The notes: generated from the letters alone by a model not told the origin. A stretch of 64,000 nucleotides of DNA from an uncultured Actinomycetes bacterium (GCA_963704725.1 OY969934.1:640001-704000); one strand, 5' to 3'; shown: positions 9,818 through 19,994, numbered from the stretch's first letter. Numbers and translations are program-made.

Positions 9818-10770
9818 GCGGGCCCGGCGCGCGGCTCCACGGCCGGGGCAAGGTCCGCGACATCTACGACGTCGGGCAGGGCCGCCTGCTCCTGGTGGCG
9901 ACGGATCGCATCAGCGCGTTCGACGTCGTGCTGCCGAACCCGATCCCCGACAAGGGCCGGGTCCTCACCGGCACGACGCTGTTCTGGCTGGAACGGACGA
10001 GGGATCTGGTCGGCAACCACCTGATCAGCGCCGACCGCCGCGACTTCCCCGAGCCGTTCCGCAGCGAGCCCGTGCTCTCGGGGCGGGCGACGCTCGCGGT
10101 GAAGGCGGACGTCGTCCCGGTCGAGTGCGTGGCGCGCGGCTATCTCACGGGATCGGGGCTCAAGCAGTACCGCGCCGAAGGCCACGTGTGCGGCGTGCCC
10201 TTGCCGCCCGGCCTCGTCGAGGCCGATCGGCTGCCCGAGCCGATCTTCACTCCGACGACCAAGGCCGCGGCAGGGCACGATCTCCCGCTCACGTTCGACG
10301 AGACGGCCGACCTGGTGGGACGGGGCCTCGCCGAGCGGCTCCGCGAGCTCACGATCGCGCTGTACGAGCGCGGCGCCGAGATCGCGGCGGAGCGCGGCAT
10401 CATCGTGGCCGACACCAAGTTCGAGTTCGGCTTCGCCGGCGGCGAGCTGATCTTGATCGACGAGGTGCTCACGCCGGACTCCTCGAGGTTCTGGCCCGCC
10501 GACGGGTACGCGCCCGGTCGCGGCCAGCCCTCGTTCGACAAGCAGTTCGTCCGCGACTGGCTCGACGCGACGGGCTGGGATCACGAGCCTCCCCCGCCCG
10601 AGCTCCCCGAGGAGGTCGTCGATCGCACCGCGACGAAGTACCAGGAGGCGTACGAGCGGATCACCGGCGAGCGGTGGGACCACTACCGGCACAAGATGGG
10701 CGTGACGGCCGAGCGCGACCGGGAGCGGAGCGAGGCCGAGCTCGAGCGCCTGAGGACGGATCACGCGTGA
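9814..10770 (+). CDS. purC: SAICAR synthetase
   Basis: 'GKVRDIY', 'DRISAFD', 'ADTKFEFG', 'DEVLTPDSSRFW'. Confidence 0.95.
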   Translation: MSGPGARLHGRGKVRDIYDVGQGRLLLVATDRISAFDVVLPNPIPDKGRVLTGTTLFWLERTRDLVGNHLISADRRDFPEPFRSEPVLSGRATLAVKADVVPVECVARGYLTGSGLKQYRAEGHVCGVPLPPGLVEADRLPEPIFTPTTKAAAGHDLPLTFDETADLVGRGLAERLRELTIALYERGAEIAAERGIIVADTKFEFGFAGGELILIDEVLTPDSSRFWPADGYAPGRGQPSFDKQFVRDWLDATGWDHEPPPPELPEEVVDRTATKYQEAYERITGERWDHYRHKMGVTAERDRERSEAELERLRTDHA

Positions 10771-11027
10771 GGTACGCGTTCGAGGTCCTCGTCCGCCTCA
10801 AGCCCGGGCTGCTCGACCCCCAGGGCAAGGCCGTGGAGGGCTCGCTTCCGGCCATGGGGTGGACGAACGTGTCCGGGGTCCGCGTGGGCAAGCACGTGGA
10901 GCTGACCGTCGAGGCGCCGAGCGAGGACGCCGCCCGGGCCCAGGTGCAGGAGATGGCTCGCCGGCTGCTCTCGAACCCCGTGATCGAGGACTTCCAGGTC
11001 GTGACGGCCGCCGAGGTCGCCGGGTGA
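10767..11027 (+). CDS. purS: FGAM synthase subunit PurS
   Basis: 'LKPGLLDPQG', 'LLSNPVIEDF'. Confidence 0.93.
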   Translation: MRYAFEVLVRLKPGLLDPQGKAVEGSLPAMGWTNVSGVRVGKHVELTVEAPSEDAARAQVQEMARRLLSNPVIEDFQVVTAAEVAG

Positions 11028-11743
11028 GCGAGCCGATGCCGCGGGTCGGCGTCGTGACCTTCCCCGGGTCGCTCGACGATCGCGACGCGCTCCGCGCCGT
11101 CCGGAGCATGGGCGGCGAGGGGGTTCGCCTGTGGCACGCCGACCGCGACCTCCGCGGCGTCGACGCGGTGATCCTGCCCGGCGGGTTCTCCTACGGCGAC
11201 TACCTCCGCACGGGGGCCATCGCCCGGTTCGCGCCCGTGATGGACGAGGTGCGGACGTTCGCCGAGGGCGGTGGGCCCGTGCTCGGCATCTGCAACGGAT
11301 TCCAGATCCTGTGCGAGGCGGGCCTGCTGCCCGGCGCGCTGATCCGCAACCGGGGCCTCCGGTTCGTGTGCCGATGGGTCCACGTCCGCGTCGAGACCAC
11401 CCTGTCGCCGATCACCGCCGGTCTCGTCCCCGGCGAGGTGCTGCACGTCCCGGTCAAGCACGGCGAGGGGCAGTTCGTGGCGCGGGAGGACGACCTCAGG
11501 CGGATCGAGGGGGATGGGCTCGTCGTCCTGCGGTACTGCGACCACGACGGGGCGCTCGACGACGCCCACAACGTGAACGGGAGCACGGCGGCGATCGCCG
11601 GCGTTCGGAACGAGGCCGGCAACGTCGTCGGTCTCATGCCGCATCCCGAGCATGCCGTCGACCCCGACGTGGGCCTCACCGGCGGCCAGCCGATGTTCGC
11701 CGCCCTGCTCGAGGCCGCCCTGGCCCGGGTGTCCGCGGCGTGA
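11024..11743 (+). CDS. purQ: FGAM synthase glutaminase subunit PurQ
   Basis: 'GGFSYGDYLR', 'GICNGFQIL', 'MPHPE'. Confidence 0.95.
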   Translation: MSEPMPRVGVVTFPGSLDDRDALRAVRSMGGEGVRLWHADRDLRGVDAVILPGGFSYGDYLRTGAIARFAPVMDEVRTFAEGGGPVLGICNGFQILCEAGLLPGALIRNRGLRFVCRWVHVRVETTLSPITAGLVPGEVLHVPVKHGEGQFVAREDDLRRIEGDGLVVLRYCDHDGALDDAHNVNGSTAAIAGVRNEAGNVVGLMPHPEHAVDPDVGLTGGQPMFAALLEAALARVSAA

Positions 11744-13938
11744 GCTCGGCCGGCCCGCTGCACCGGCAGCTCGGCCTCACCGACGACGAGCTCGAACGGA
11801 TCGTCTCGACGCTCGGCCGGGAGCCGAACCGCGCCGAGCTCGCGATGTACTCAGTGATGTGGTCGGAGCACTGCTCGTACAAGAGCTCGAAGGTCCACCT
11901 GCGGAACCTGCCGACGGAGGGCCCGGCGGTGCTCGTCGGGCCGGGGCAGGACGCCGGAGCCGTCGACGCCGGCGACGGGCTGGCCGTGGTGTTCAAGATG
12001 GAGTCGCACTCCCATCCCAGCGCCGTCGAGCCGTATCAGGGCGCCGCGACCGGCGTCGGGGGGATCGTCCGCGACATCATCGCCATGGGGGCGCGGCCGG
12101 TCGCGCTGCTGGACCCGCTCCGCTTCGGACCGCTGACGGAGGAGCGCAACCGGTGGCTGTTGGACGGCGTGGTCGCCGGGATCGGCAGCTACGGCAACTG
12201 CATCGGCGTCCCCACGGTCGGCGGCGAGGTGCATTTCGCCACGCCGCACTCCGCGAACCCCACCGTCAACGTGATGTGCGTGGGCGTCGCCCCCGCCGAC
12301 CGGCTGGTCACATCCGCGCGCGAGGTGCACGAGGGCTCGGTGCTCGTGCTGTTCGGCGCCGCCACCGGCCGCGACGGGATCGGCGGGGTGTCGGTGCTGG
12401 CCTCCCGGACGATCGAGGACGACGCGGCCGAGAGCCGCCCGAGCGTGCAGATCGGAGACCCGTTCGCCGGCAAGCTGCTGATCGAGGCGTCGCTCGAGAT
12501 GGTCGAGCGCGACCTGCTCGAGGGGCTGCAGGACCTGGGCGGCGCCGGCCTGACCTGCGCGACCAGCGAGTCGGCGGCGAGGGCGCGGTTGGGGGCGGAG
12601 ATCGACCTCGACGCGGTGCCGCTGCGCGAGCCCGACCTCGAGGCGTTCGAGATCCTGACGAGCGAGTCGCAGGAACGGATGCTCGCGATCGTCGACCCCC
12701 ACCGGGTGGAGGACGTCCGGGGTGTCTGCGTCAGGTGGGGTCTCGCGTCGGCCGTGATCGGCAGCCTGGTGCCGGGAGGGCGTCTCGCCATCCGGCTCCG
12801 TGGCTCCGTCGTGGCCGACGTGCCCGCGCGATCGCTCGCCGACGAGGCCCCCGTGTACACGCGCCCGATGTCGCCGCCACCGGAGCGGGACGATCTCGTC
12901 ACCGACGACCCGACGTTCGCGACGTTCCCGATCTCGCCCGGCGACGCGCTGCTCGCCGTGCTCGGCTCGCCGAACGTGTCGAGCAAGCGCTGGGTTTGGG
13001 AGCAGTACGACTCGATCGTGCAGGGCGGGACCGTGATCGGCCCGGGCGGCGACGCCGCGCTCATCCGCATCGAGGGCACCCTGAAGGCGCTGGCGCTCTC
13101 GTGCGACGGGAAGGGACGGTTCGGCGTCCTGGATCCGTACCTCGGAGCCGCCCACGCCGTGGCCGAGGCCGCTCGAAACGTCGCCTGTACCGGCTCCAAG
13201 CCGGTCGCCGTCACGAACTGCCTGAACTTCGGCAACCCCGAGCGGCCGGAGGTCATGTGGCAGTTCGCGGAGACGATCCGCGGGATGGCGGACGCGTGCC
13301 GCGCGTTCGAGACGCCGGTGACGGGGGGCAACGTGAGCTTCTACAACGAGTCCGGGGGCTCGGCGATCTGGCCGACGCCGGTGATCGGCATGCTCGGACT
13401 GATCGGCGACCACCGCCTCGCCGTGCGCTCGGCGTTCGTCGAGGGGATGGAGGTCTACCTGCTGGGCGAGACCTTCCCCGAGCTCGGCGGGTCCGAGCTC
13501 GCCGAGGTGGTGCTCGGCGTCGTGGCCGGCCGGCCGCCGGCCCTGGACCTCGAGCGGGAGCGGTCGCTGCATCGGTTCTTGGTCGAGGCGGCCCGGTCGG
13601 ACCTGCTGGCCTCCGCCCACGACTGCGGCGACGGCGGCATCGCCGTGGCGCTCGCCGAGTCGGCGATCGTCGGCGGGACCGGCTTCGCCGTGTCGCTGCC
13701 GGGCGATCTGCCGCCCCACGTGGCGCTGTTCAGCGAGACGCCCTCCCGGGCGGTCGTGACCGTGCCGGAGGATCGGGCCTCCAAGCTCGAGGAGCTGGCC
13801 GCAGCCCTGCGCGTTCCGTTCTCGCGGCTGGGGGAGACGGGCGGGCCGAGGATGGTCGTCGACGACGCCGTGGACCTGGTCGTCGAGGAGGCCGCCGCGG
13901 CGTACGAGGACGCCCTTCCCAAGCTGCTCGCGGGGTAG
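11740..13938 (+). CDS. purL: FGAM synthase subunit PurL (small form)
   Basis: 'WSEHCSYKSS', 'ESHSHPS', 'NCLNFGNP', 'GGNVSFYNE'. Confidence 0.95.
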   Translation: MSSAGPLHRQLGLTDDELERIVSTLGREPNRAELAMYSVMWSEHCSYKSSKVHLRNLPTEGPAVLVGPGQDAGAVDAGDGLAVVFKMESHSHPSAVEPYQGAATGVGGIVRDIIAMGARPVALLDPLRFGPLTEERNRWLLDGVVAGIGSYGNCIGVPTVGGEVHFATPHSANPTVNVMCVGVAPADRLVTSAREVHEGSVLVLFGAATGRDGIGGVSVLASRTIEDDAAESRPSVQIGDPFAGKLLIEASLEMVERDLLEGLQDLGGAGLTCATSESAARARLGAEIDLDAVPLREPDLEAFEILTSESQERMLAIVDPHRVEDVRGVCVRWGLASAVIGSLVPGGRLAIRLRGSVVADVPARSLADEAPVYTRPMSPPPERDDLVTDDPTFATFPISPGDALLAVLGSPNVSSKRWVWEQYDSIVQGGTVIGPGGDAALIRIEGTLKALALSCDGKGRFGVLDPYLGAAHAVAEAARNVACTGSKPVAVTNCLNFGNPERPEVMWQFAETIRGMADACRAFETPVTGGNVSFYNESGGSAIWPTPVIGMLGLIGDHRLAVRSAFVEGMEVYLLGETFPELGGSELAEVVLGVVAGRPPALDLERERSLHRFLVEAARSDLLASAHDCGDGGIAVALAESAIVGGTGFAVSLPGDLPPHVALFSETPSRAVVTVPEDRASKLEELAAALRVPFSRLGETGGPRMVVDDAVDLVVEEAAAAYEDALPKLLAG

Positions 13939-13970
13939 CGGGGCTCGCGCCGCCATGATGTGATGGGCTC

Positions 13971-15032
13971 GTGACGGACGCCGAGGGCATCTCGCGGGAG
14001 GAGCTGCAGCTCGCCGCGCGCAACCACGGGATGCCGCTCGAGGCGCTCCGCTACGACGTGACGCCCGCCGGGCTGCACTACCTCCTGATCCACTACGACA
14101 TCCCGGACGTGGAGCCCGAGACATGGCGACTCCAGATCGGCGGTGCCGTGACCCGCCCGGCCGAGCTGTCGCTGCAGCAGCTGCGAACGAGGTCCGCCGT
14201 CACGCGGGCGGCGACGCTCGAGTGCGCGGGCAACGGACGCGCGCTGCTCGAGCCGCGTCCGGTGAGCCAACCGTGGCTCCTCGAGGCCGTGGGCAACGCG
14301 GCGTGGACGGGCGTGCCGCTGCGCGGGGTGCTCGAGGACTCGGGGGTCGAGGACGGGGCCGTCGAGGTCGTGTTCACGGGGCTCGACCGCGGCGTCGAGG
14401 GCGACGTTGAGCAGGACTACGAGCGGAGCCTCCCGCTCGGGGAGGCGATGCGCGAGGACGTGCTCCTCGCGTACGAGATGAACGGGCATCCGCTGCTCCC
14501 GCAGCACGGGTTCCCGCTCCGTCTCGTGGTCCCCGGCTGGTACGGGATGACGCACGTGAAATGGCTCTCGCGCATCACGGTGCTCACGGAGCCGTTCCGG
14601 GGGTACCAGCAGTCGCGTGGCTACCGGCTCCGGTCCGACCCCGACGAGCTCGGCGAGCCAGTGACCCGGATCCGCCCGAGGAGCCTCATGGTCCCGCCGG
14701 GAATCCCGGACTTCATGACGCGACGCAGGATCGTGGACGCCGGGGCGCACACGATCCGGGGTCGCGCCTGGTCGGGACGAGCCCCCATCGAGCGCGTCGA
14801 GTTCAGCGACGACGGCGGCCGGACGTGGTGGGACGCGACCCTGGACGACTCGCCCGACGACGCGTTCGCGTGGCGAGGGTGGTCCTTCGCGTGGCACGCC
14901 GGCCCGGGCGAGCGCATCCTGAGCTGCCGCGCCACCGACGCGACCGGCGAGACTCAGCCGTCGGAGCCGACCTGGAACGTCGGCGGCTACGTGAACAACG
15001 CCGTTCAGCGCGTCCTCGCGCTCGTGCGTTGA
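13971..15032 (+). CDS. sulfite oxidase family molybdoenzyme
   Basis: 'LECAGNGR' Mo-Cys, 'HGFPLRLVVPGWYG...VKWL', C-terminal dimerisation domain. Confidence 0.9.
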   Translation: MTDAEGISREELQLAARNHGMPLEALRYDVTPAGLHYLLIHYDIPDVEPETWRLQIGGAVTRPAELSLQQLRTRSAVTRAATLECAGNGRALLEPRPVSQPWLLEAVGNAAWTGVPLRGVLEDSGVEDGAVEVVFTGLDRGVEGDVEQDYERSLPLGEAMREDVLLAYEMNGHPLLPQHGFPLRLVVPGWYGMTHVKWLSRITVLTEPFRGYQQSRGYRLRSDPDELGEPVTRIRPRSLMVPPGIPDFMTRRRIVDAGAHTIRGRAWSGRAPIERVEFSDDGGRTWWDATLDDSPDDAFAWRGWSFAWHAGPGERILSCRATDATGETQPSEPTWNVGGYVNNAVQRVLALVR

Positions 15033-15904
15033 ACCAACGTGCGGCTGCCACGGTCGCCGCCGTCCTTGCAGCGGCGCTCCTGTCGGCCTGCGATCCGCTG
15101 GGGATCGCCGATACTCCCGGTCAGGCTGTGGTCACCATGACCATCCGGGGCGGTGGAGGCGCATCCCTGCAGGTGGAGCTGGGGCACGTCTCCGACGACG
15201 GGTTGATCCGCGCGATCACCGGCGACGTGGCGGCCGCCCTCTTCCCGAGTCCGGTTCGTTGGGAGGCGTCGATCGACGAGAACGACGGGGGTTGGAACTT
15301 CGGCGCGGTGGCGATCGAGGCCTTCTATCGGCCTGCGTCGCGGGTCACGCTCCGAGTCGAGACGACACCACTCGCACCTGCCCTCGCGGCCTGGGGCTAT
15401 CACTCGATCCGGCTGTTCCTCTGCCTCCCCCACGTCGATTCCCGCCTCGTCGCCTCAGTGCGGGGGGTCGCATCTGGGAGTTGCCGCCGGTGGGATCTCG
15501 GCGGCGAGGTAGCGGCTCCGGCGATCGTCGTGACGATGGAGCCGGATGCCGTCCGTGGTTGGGTCGTGTTCGGCGCCACGGTCGCATCGCTCGCCTCGGT
15601 CGCCATCTGCTGGATCCTCTGGGCCGGTGCGCGCCGTCTGGCCAGGGCGTGGCTGATCCTCGTCACCGGCGCCCTCGGGATTTTGGCGCCAATCGCCGCC
15701 GGCGCGGTGTCGGGCGGCAGCATCGACCACCTCGCGGTATCTGGCGCCATCACGGGCGGGATCGAGTCGGTCGCGCGGGTGGTGGATGGCCTCGGCGTGG
15801 CCGTCGCGTTGCTGGGCGGGGTCGGCGGGTTCGTCGCGGGCCTCCATGCAGTAACCGACGCGCGCAACACGCGTGCTCGATCGGCACTCCCGCCACCCCC
15901 GTAG
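15029..15904 (+). CDS. hypothetical membrane-anchored lipoprotein
   Basis: TTG overlapping the upstream stop; lipobox 'LLSAC'; three C-terminal hydrophobic helices. Confidence 0.5.
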   Translation: MNQRAAATVAAVLAAALLSACDPLGIADTPGQAVVTMTIRGGGGASLQVELGHVSDDGLIRAITGDVAAALFPSPVRWEASIDENDGGWNFGAVAIEAFYRPASRVTLRVETTPLAPALAAWGYHSIRLFLCLPHVDSRLVASVRGVASGSCRRWDLGGEVAAPAIVVTMEPDAVRGWVVFGATVASLASVAICWILWAGARRLARAWLILVTGALGILAPIAAGAVSGGSIDHLAVSGAITGGIESVARVVDGLGVAVALLGGVGGFVAGLHAVTDARNTRARSALPPPP

Positions 15905-15981
15905 TCCTTTCGAGAAAGGCCGACAAGACCGACCTCCCGTTCCCGGTTGCGCAGAAGGCCGGTGCTAGCATCGGCGAACCG

Positions 15982-17382
15982 GTGGGGGCGGAGAGTCCGA
16001 AGGACGAGTGCGGCCTGTTCGGGGTATGGGCCCCGGGCGAGGACGTGGCCCGCCTGATCTACTTCGGGCTGTTCGCGCAGCAGCACCGGGGGCAGGAGTC
16101 CGCCGGGATGGCGGTCTCCGACGGCGAGCACCTTCTCGTGTTCAAGGAGCTCGGGCTCGTCGCGCAGGTGTTCAACGAGTCGACCCTGGCCACGCTGCAG
16201 GGCGACCTCGGGATCGGCCACAACCGCTACTCGACGACCGGGTCGACCACGTGGGAGAACGCGCAGCCGGCGTTCAAGACCGACGGGCATCGCTCCATCG
16301 CGATGGGACACAACGGCAACCTGGTGAACACGCTCGAGCTCGCCGAGCGTGCGGGGCGCAGCGGGGCCGCGACGACGGACTCCGATCTCGTCGCCACGCT
16401 CCTCGCGTCCCGGTCCTTCGAGGGGCTCGAGCCCGCCGCGCTCGAGATCCTGCCCACGCTCGAGGGCGCGTTCTCCTTCGTCCTGATGGACGAGCGGAGC
16501 CTGTTCGCGGCCCGGGACCCACACGGGCTCCGGCCGCTGTCGATCGGGCGACTGCCGAACGGGTTCGTCGTGGCCTCCGAGACCTGCGCACTCGACATCG
16601 TCGGAGCGGTGTTCCTGCGCGACGTGGAGCCGGGCGAGCTCGTGCGCATCGACGACCGGGGCCTGCACTCGGAGCGCTTCGCCGAGAGCCCTCGGAGCGC
16701 GCTCTGCATCTTCGAGTACGTCTACCTGGCGCGCGCCGACTCGAGGATCCGGGGGCGGACGGTCTACGAGGTGCGCCGGGAGCTGGGGCGGCGGCTTGCC
16801 GCCGAGGCTCCGGCGGAGGGCGACCTCGTCATGCCGGTACCCGACACCGGTCACGCCGCGGCCGCCGGCTACGCCGAGGTCTCGGGGATCCCCTACGGCG
16901 AGGGGCTGATCAAGAACCGCTACGTGGGAAGGACGTTCATCCAACCCTCGCAGGCCCTGCGCGAGCGCGGGGTCAAGCTCAAGCTCAATCCGATCCCGGA
17001 GACGATCCGCGGGAAGCGGCTCGTCGTGATCGACGACTCGATCGTGCGCGGCACGACCACGCGCCAGCTCGTCCAGGCGCTGCGCGAGGCGGGCGCCGCC
17101 GAGGTCCACACCCGGATCACGTGCCCGCCGATCCAGTGGCCGTGCTTCTACGGGATCGACATGTCGACGCGCACCGAGCTGATCGCGTCCGATCTCGCGG
17201 TGGAGGAGATCCGCCGGTACGTGGGGGCCGACTCGCTCGGATACCTCTCCCTCGACGGTATGGTGGCGGCGACGGGGCAGGACAAGGGCGGGTTCTGCCG
17301 CGCGTGCTTCGACGGCGACTACCCCATCCCGATCCCGGAGCGCGCCGGCAAGTTCCTGCTCGAGCACCCGGCCAAGTCGTGA
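15982..17382 (+). CDS. purF: amidophosphoribosyltransferase
   Basis: propeptide then 'ECGLFG', 'QHRGQESAG', 'DDSIVRGTT', Fe-S cysteines 'CRAC'. Confidence 0.95.
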   Translation: MGAESPKDECGLFGVWAPGEDVARLIYFGLFAQQHRGQESAGMAVSDGEHLLVFKELGLVAQVFNESTLATLQGDLGIGHNRYSTTGSTTWENAQPAFKTDGHRSIAMGHNGNLVNTLELAERAGRSGAATTDSDLVATLLASRSFEGLEPAALEILPTLEGAFSFVLMDERSLFAARDPHGLRPLSIGRLPNGFVVASETCALDIVGAVFLRDVEPGELVRIDDRGLHSERFAESPRSALCIFEYVYLARADSRIRGRTVYEVRRELGRRLAAEAPAEGDLVMPVPDTGHAAAAGYAEVSGIPYGEGLIKNRYVGRTFIQPSQALRERGVKLKLNPIPETIRGKRLVVIDDSIVRGTTTRQLVQALREAGAAEVHTRITCPPIQWPCFYGIDMSTRTELIASDLAVEEIRRYVGADSLGYLSLDGMVAATGQDKGGFCRACFDGDYPIPIPERAGKFLLEHPAKS

Positions 17383-18437
17383 GCGGGGGTTCCGAGGCTC
17401 GAGGGGCCGGCGTGGCCCCCGACACGAGCGAGGCGTACCGGAGGGCCGGCGTCGACCTCGACGCGGCGGCCGAGGCCGTCGGCCGCATCCGGGAGATCGC
17501 CGCGGGGGCGTCCCGTCCCGAGGTCGCCGAGGGCGTGGGCGGGTTCGCGGGGCTGTTCCGGATCGGCCCCGACCGATACCTGGCGGCCGCGACGGACGGC
17601 GTGGGGACCAAGCTCGAGGTCGCGCGGATGGCCGGCCGTCTGTACACCGTGGGGATCGACCTCGTGGCCATGTGCGCCGACGACGTCGTCTGCACCGGCG
17701 CCGAGCCGTGGTTCTTCCTCGACTACCTGGCCGTCGGCGCACTCGTGCCGGAGGACGCCGCGGCGATCGTCGAGGGCGTCGCCGAGGGGTGTCGCCGGGC
17801 GGGATGCGCGCTGCTCGGCGGCGAGACCGCCGAGCATCCCGGCACGATGGCGAAGGGGCGGTTCGACCTGGCCGGGTTCTGCGTCGGAGCGGTCGACGGG
17901 CCGAACCTCCTCGGCCCCCACCGCGTCGTCGAGGGCGACGCGCTCGTCGGTCTCGCCTCGAGCGGCCTGCACGCGAACGGGTTCTCGCTGGTCCGGCGGG
18001 CGCTGTTCGAGGACGCGGGCTACGCGCTCGAGGACGAGCTGCCGCGCCTGGGTCGCCCGCTCGTGGACGAGCTGCTCGAGCCGACGTCGATCTACGCGCG
18101 CTCGATCCTCGAGCTGGCGGGAGAGGGCCTCCTCCACGCCGTGGCCCACGTCACGGGCGGCGGGCTGGTCGAGAACGTCCCCCGGGTCCTGCCCGAAGGT
18201 CTCGGGGCCGAGATCCGCCCCGGCTCGTGGCCCGTCCCGCCCGTGTTCGAGCTGGTGGCCGAGGCCTCGGGCACCAGCGTGGAGGCCCTCCGATCGACCC
18301 TGAACCTCGGCGTCGGGATGGTCCTCGTCGTCCCCCGCGAGGTCGCCGGGGACGTGATCGGCAGGGCCGGGGTCCTCGGGACGTCGGCGTTCGAGATCGG
18401 GTCCGTGGTCGCCGGCGGCGGGATCCGATTCACGTGA
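17379..18437 (+). CDS. purM: phosphoribosylformylglycinamidine cyclo-ligase (AIR synthetase)
   Basis: 'YRRAGVD', 'TDGVGTK', 'GGETAEHP', 'HVTGGG'. Confidence 0.95.
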   Translation: MSGGSEARGAGVAPDTSEAYRRAGVDLDAAAEAVGRIREIAAGASRPEVAEGVGGFAGLFRIGPDRYLAAATDGVGTKLEVARMAGRLYTVGIDLVAMCADDVVCTGAEPWFFLDYLAVGALVPEDAAAIVEGVAEGCRRAGCALLGGETAEHPGTMAKGRFDLAGFCVGAVDGPNLLGPHRVVEGDALVGLASSGLHANGFSLVRRALFEDAGYALEDELPRLGRPLVDELLEPTSIYARSILELAGEGLLHAVAHVTGGGLVENVPRVLPEGLGAEIRPGSWPVPPVFELVAEASGTSVEALRSTLNLGVGMVLVVPREVAGDVIGRAGVLGTSAFEIGSVVAGGGIRFT

Positions 18438-18580
18438 GGATGATGCGACTGCCGTGGAGTGACTAGTCCTGTGTGGTCCCGGGTGGGCCCGTCTCCGGTG
18501 GCGGGGGACGCCATCCGGACCTCGCAAACCGACTTCTGGCCCGGTGCTCGGAGTTCGGCTCCCGCCGATACCTACGTGGG

Positions 18581-18967
18581 ATGACGATGACGGAAACCGC
18601 GACCCGCGTGCTCGTCGTCGACGACGAGCCCCAGGTCGTGTGGATGCTGCAGTTCAGCCTGGAGGCCGAGGGCTACCAGACGTTCGCCGCTCGCGACGGG
18701 ATCGCGGCGCTCGAGGAGATCCGGGAGCACCGCCCGGAGCTGATGCTGCTCGACATCATGATGCCGCTCCTCGACGGGTGGAGCGTGCTCGAACGCCTGC
18801 GGGACCTCCCGGAGGACGAGCGTCCCCGCGTGGTCGTCGTCTCCGCCCGATCGAGCCTGCGCGACCGGGCGAAGGCTGCCGAGCTCGGCGCCGACGCCTT
18901 CGTGCCGAAGCCGTTCAGCGTCGACGACCTCATCCACGTCCTGCACGGTCTCGAGAAGGCCAGCTGA
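18581..18967 (+). CDS. single-domain response regulator (receiver only)
   Basis: 'VLVVDDE', 'LLDIMMP', 'KPF'; no output domain. Confidence 0.85.
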   Translation: MTMTETATRVLVVDDEPQVVWMLQFSLEAEGYQTFAARDGIAALEEIREHRPELMLLDIMMPLLDGWSVLERLRDLPEDERPRVVVVSARSSLRDRAKAAELGADAFVPKPFSVDDLIHVLHGLEKAS

Positions 18968-18970
18968 ACC

Positions 18971-19723
18971 TCAGCTCGTCCTGAGACCCGCCTCCGCCAG
19001 CAGCTCGAGCAGCGGCTCGAGCAGCTGCGGTGGGCTCGCGACCACGAGCTCGCCGCCGCCGGGCTGGGCGATGGTGCGCACGACGCCCCCGGCCGCCTCC
19101 ACGATGGCGCGTCCCCCGCACAGGTCCCACGGCGCGATGCCGACCTCGTAGTACGCGTCGACCTCACCGCTGGCGGCCGCGACGAGGTCCCACGCCGCCG
19201 AGCCCGTCCGGCGGATGTCCGCGATGCGCGGAAGGACGTGCGCGGCGACCCGGGCTTGCCGCTCGCGCTCGTCCGCCTGGTAGCCGAAGCCGGTGGCCAG
19301 GACGGACGTGGCCAGGTCCCGCCGCTCGGACGGTCGCGCCGGGCGGCCGCCCCGCAGCGCGCCGGCGCCGCGAACGCCCTCGGTCCGCACGCCGCGGGAG
19401 TCCACCACCACGCCGACGACGGCCTCGCCGTCGACCTCGACGCCGATCGAGACGCAGTAGCCGGGGTGACCCCGCACGTAGCTCGCCGTGCCGTCGAGGG
19501 GATCGATCACCCACCGCACGCCGGTCGTGCCGGCGCGGTCGGTGCCCTCCTCGCCCAGGATCGCGTCGTCCGGCCGCTCGGCGATGATCCCCGCGACGAT
19601 CTCGCGCTCGCTCGCCTTGTCGACGTCGGTGACGAGGTCGACCGGCGAGGACTTCTCGCTCACCGCGAACCCGCGCTCCCGGCCCTCGCGGTGGATCTCG
19701 GCCGCCCGCTCCGCGAGCCTCAC
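18971..19723 (-). CDS. inositol monophosphatase family protein (SuhB-like)
   Basis: 'WVIDPLDGT', 'GSAA', 'WDLCGG'; true start uncertain (see findings). Confidence 0.85.
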   Translation of the reverse strand: MRLAERAAEIHREGRERGFAVSEKSSPVDLVTDVDKASEREIVAGIIAERPDDAILGEEGTDRAGTTGVRWVIDPLDGTASYVRGHPGYCVSIGVEVDGEAVVGVVVDSRGVRTEGVRGAGALRGGRPARPSERRDLATSVLATGFGYQADERERQARVAAHVLPRIADIRRTGSAAWDLVAAASGEVDAYYEVGIAPWDLCGGRAIVEAAGGVVRTIAQPGGGELVVASPPQLLEPLLELLAEAGLRTS

Positions 19724-19784
19724 GGCCAGGTCTCTCAGCGGCTCGAGGTCAACGGGGGGAACGCCGGCGCTCCTTCGTCACTTC

Positions 19785-19994
19785 TCAGCCCTCCACGACC
19801 TTGCCGAAGCGGACGGCGCGGGCGGGGACGCGGGCCAGCTCGCCGCTCTTGCGCCGCACCACGTACGTCTCGGCGGCCGCGTCGAAGTACTCGAGGGTCC
19901 CCACGGCCTCGCCGACGAACCCGTTCGGCAGCTCGAACTGGAACGAGACGCGCCTGCCGACGTCGCCGGGTGTCACGAGGTTCTGCCCTCTCAC
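19785..19994 (-). CDS. small hypothetical protein, SH3/Sm-like beta-barrel
   Basis: 69 aa 'DVGRRVSF...VGTL...VVRRKSGELARVP'; codon usage consistent with coding. Confidence 0.55.
   Translation of the reverse strand: MRGQNLVTPGDVGRRVSFQFELPNGFVGEAVGTLEYFDAAAETYVVRRKSGELARVPARAVRFGKVVEG

Noticed and set aside
5450-18437. Apparent long N-terminal extensions or fusions of PurD, PurC, PurS, PurQ, PurL, PurF and PurM in the ORF track
   Set aside because: They are open alternative frames over the upstream genes; real starts are at stop/start overlaps or just downstream.
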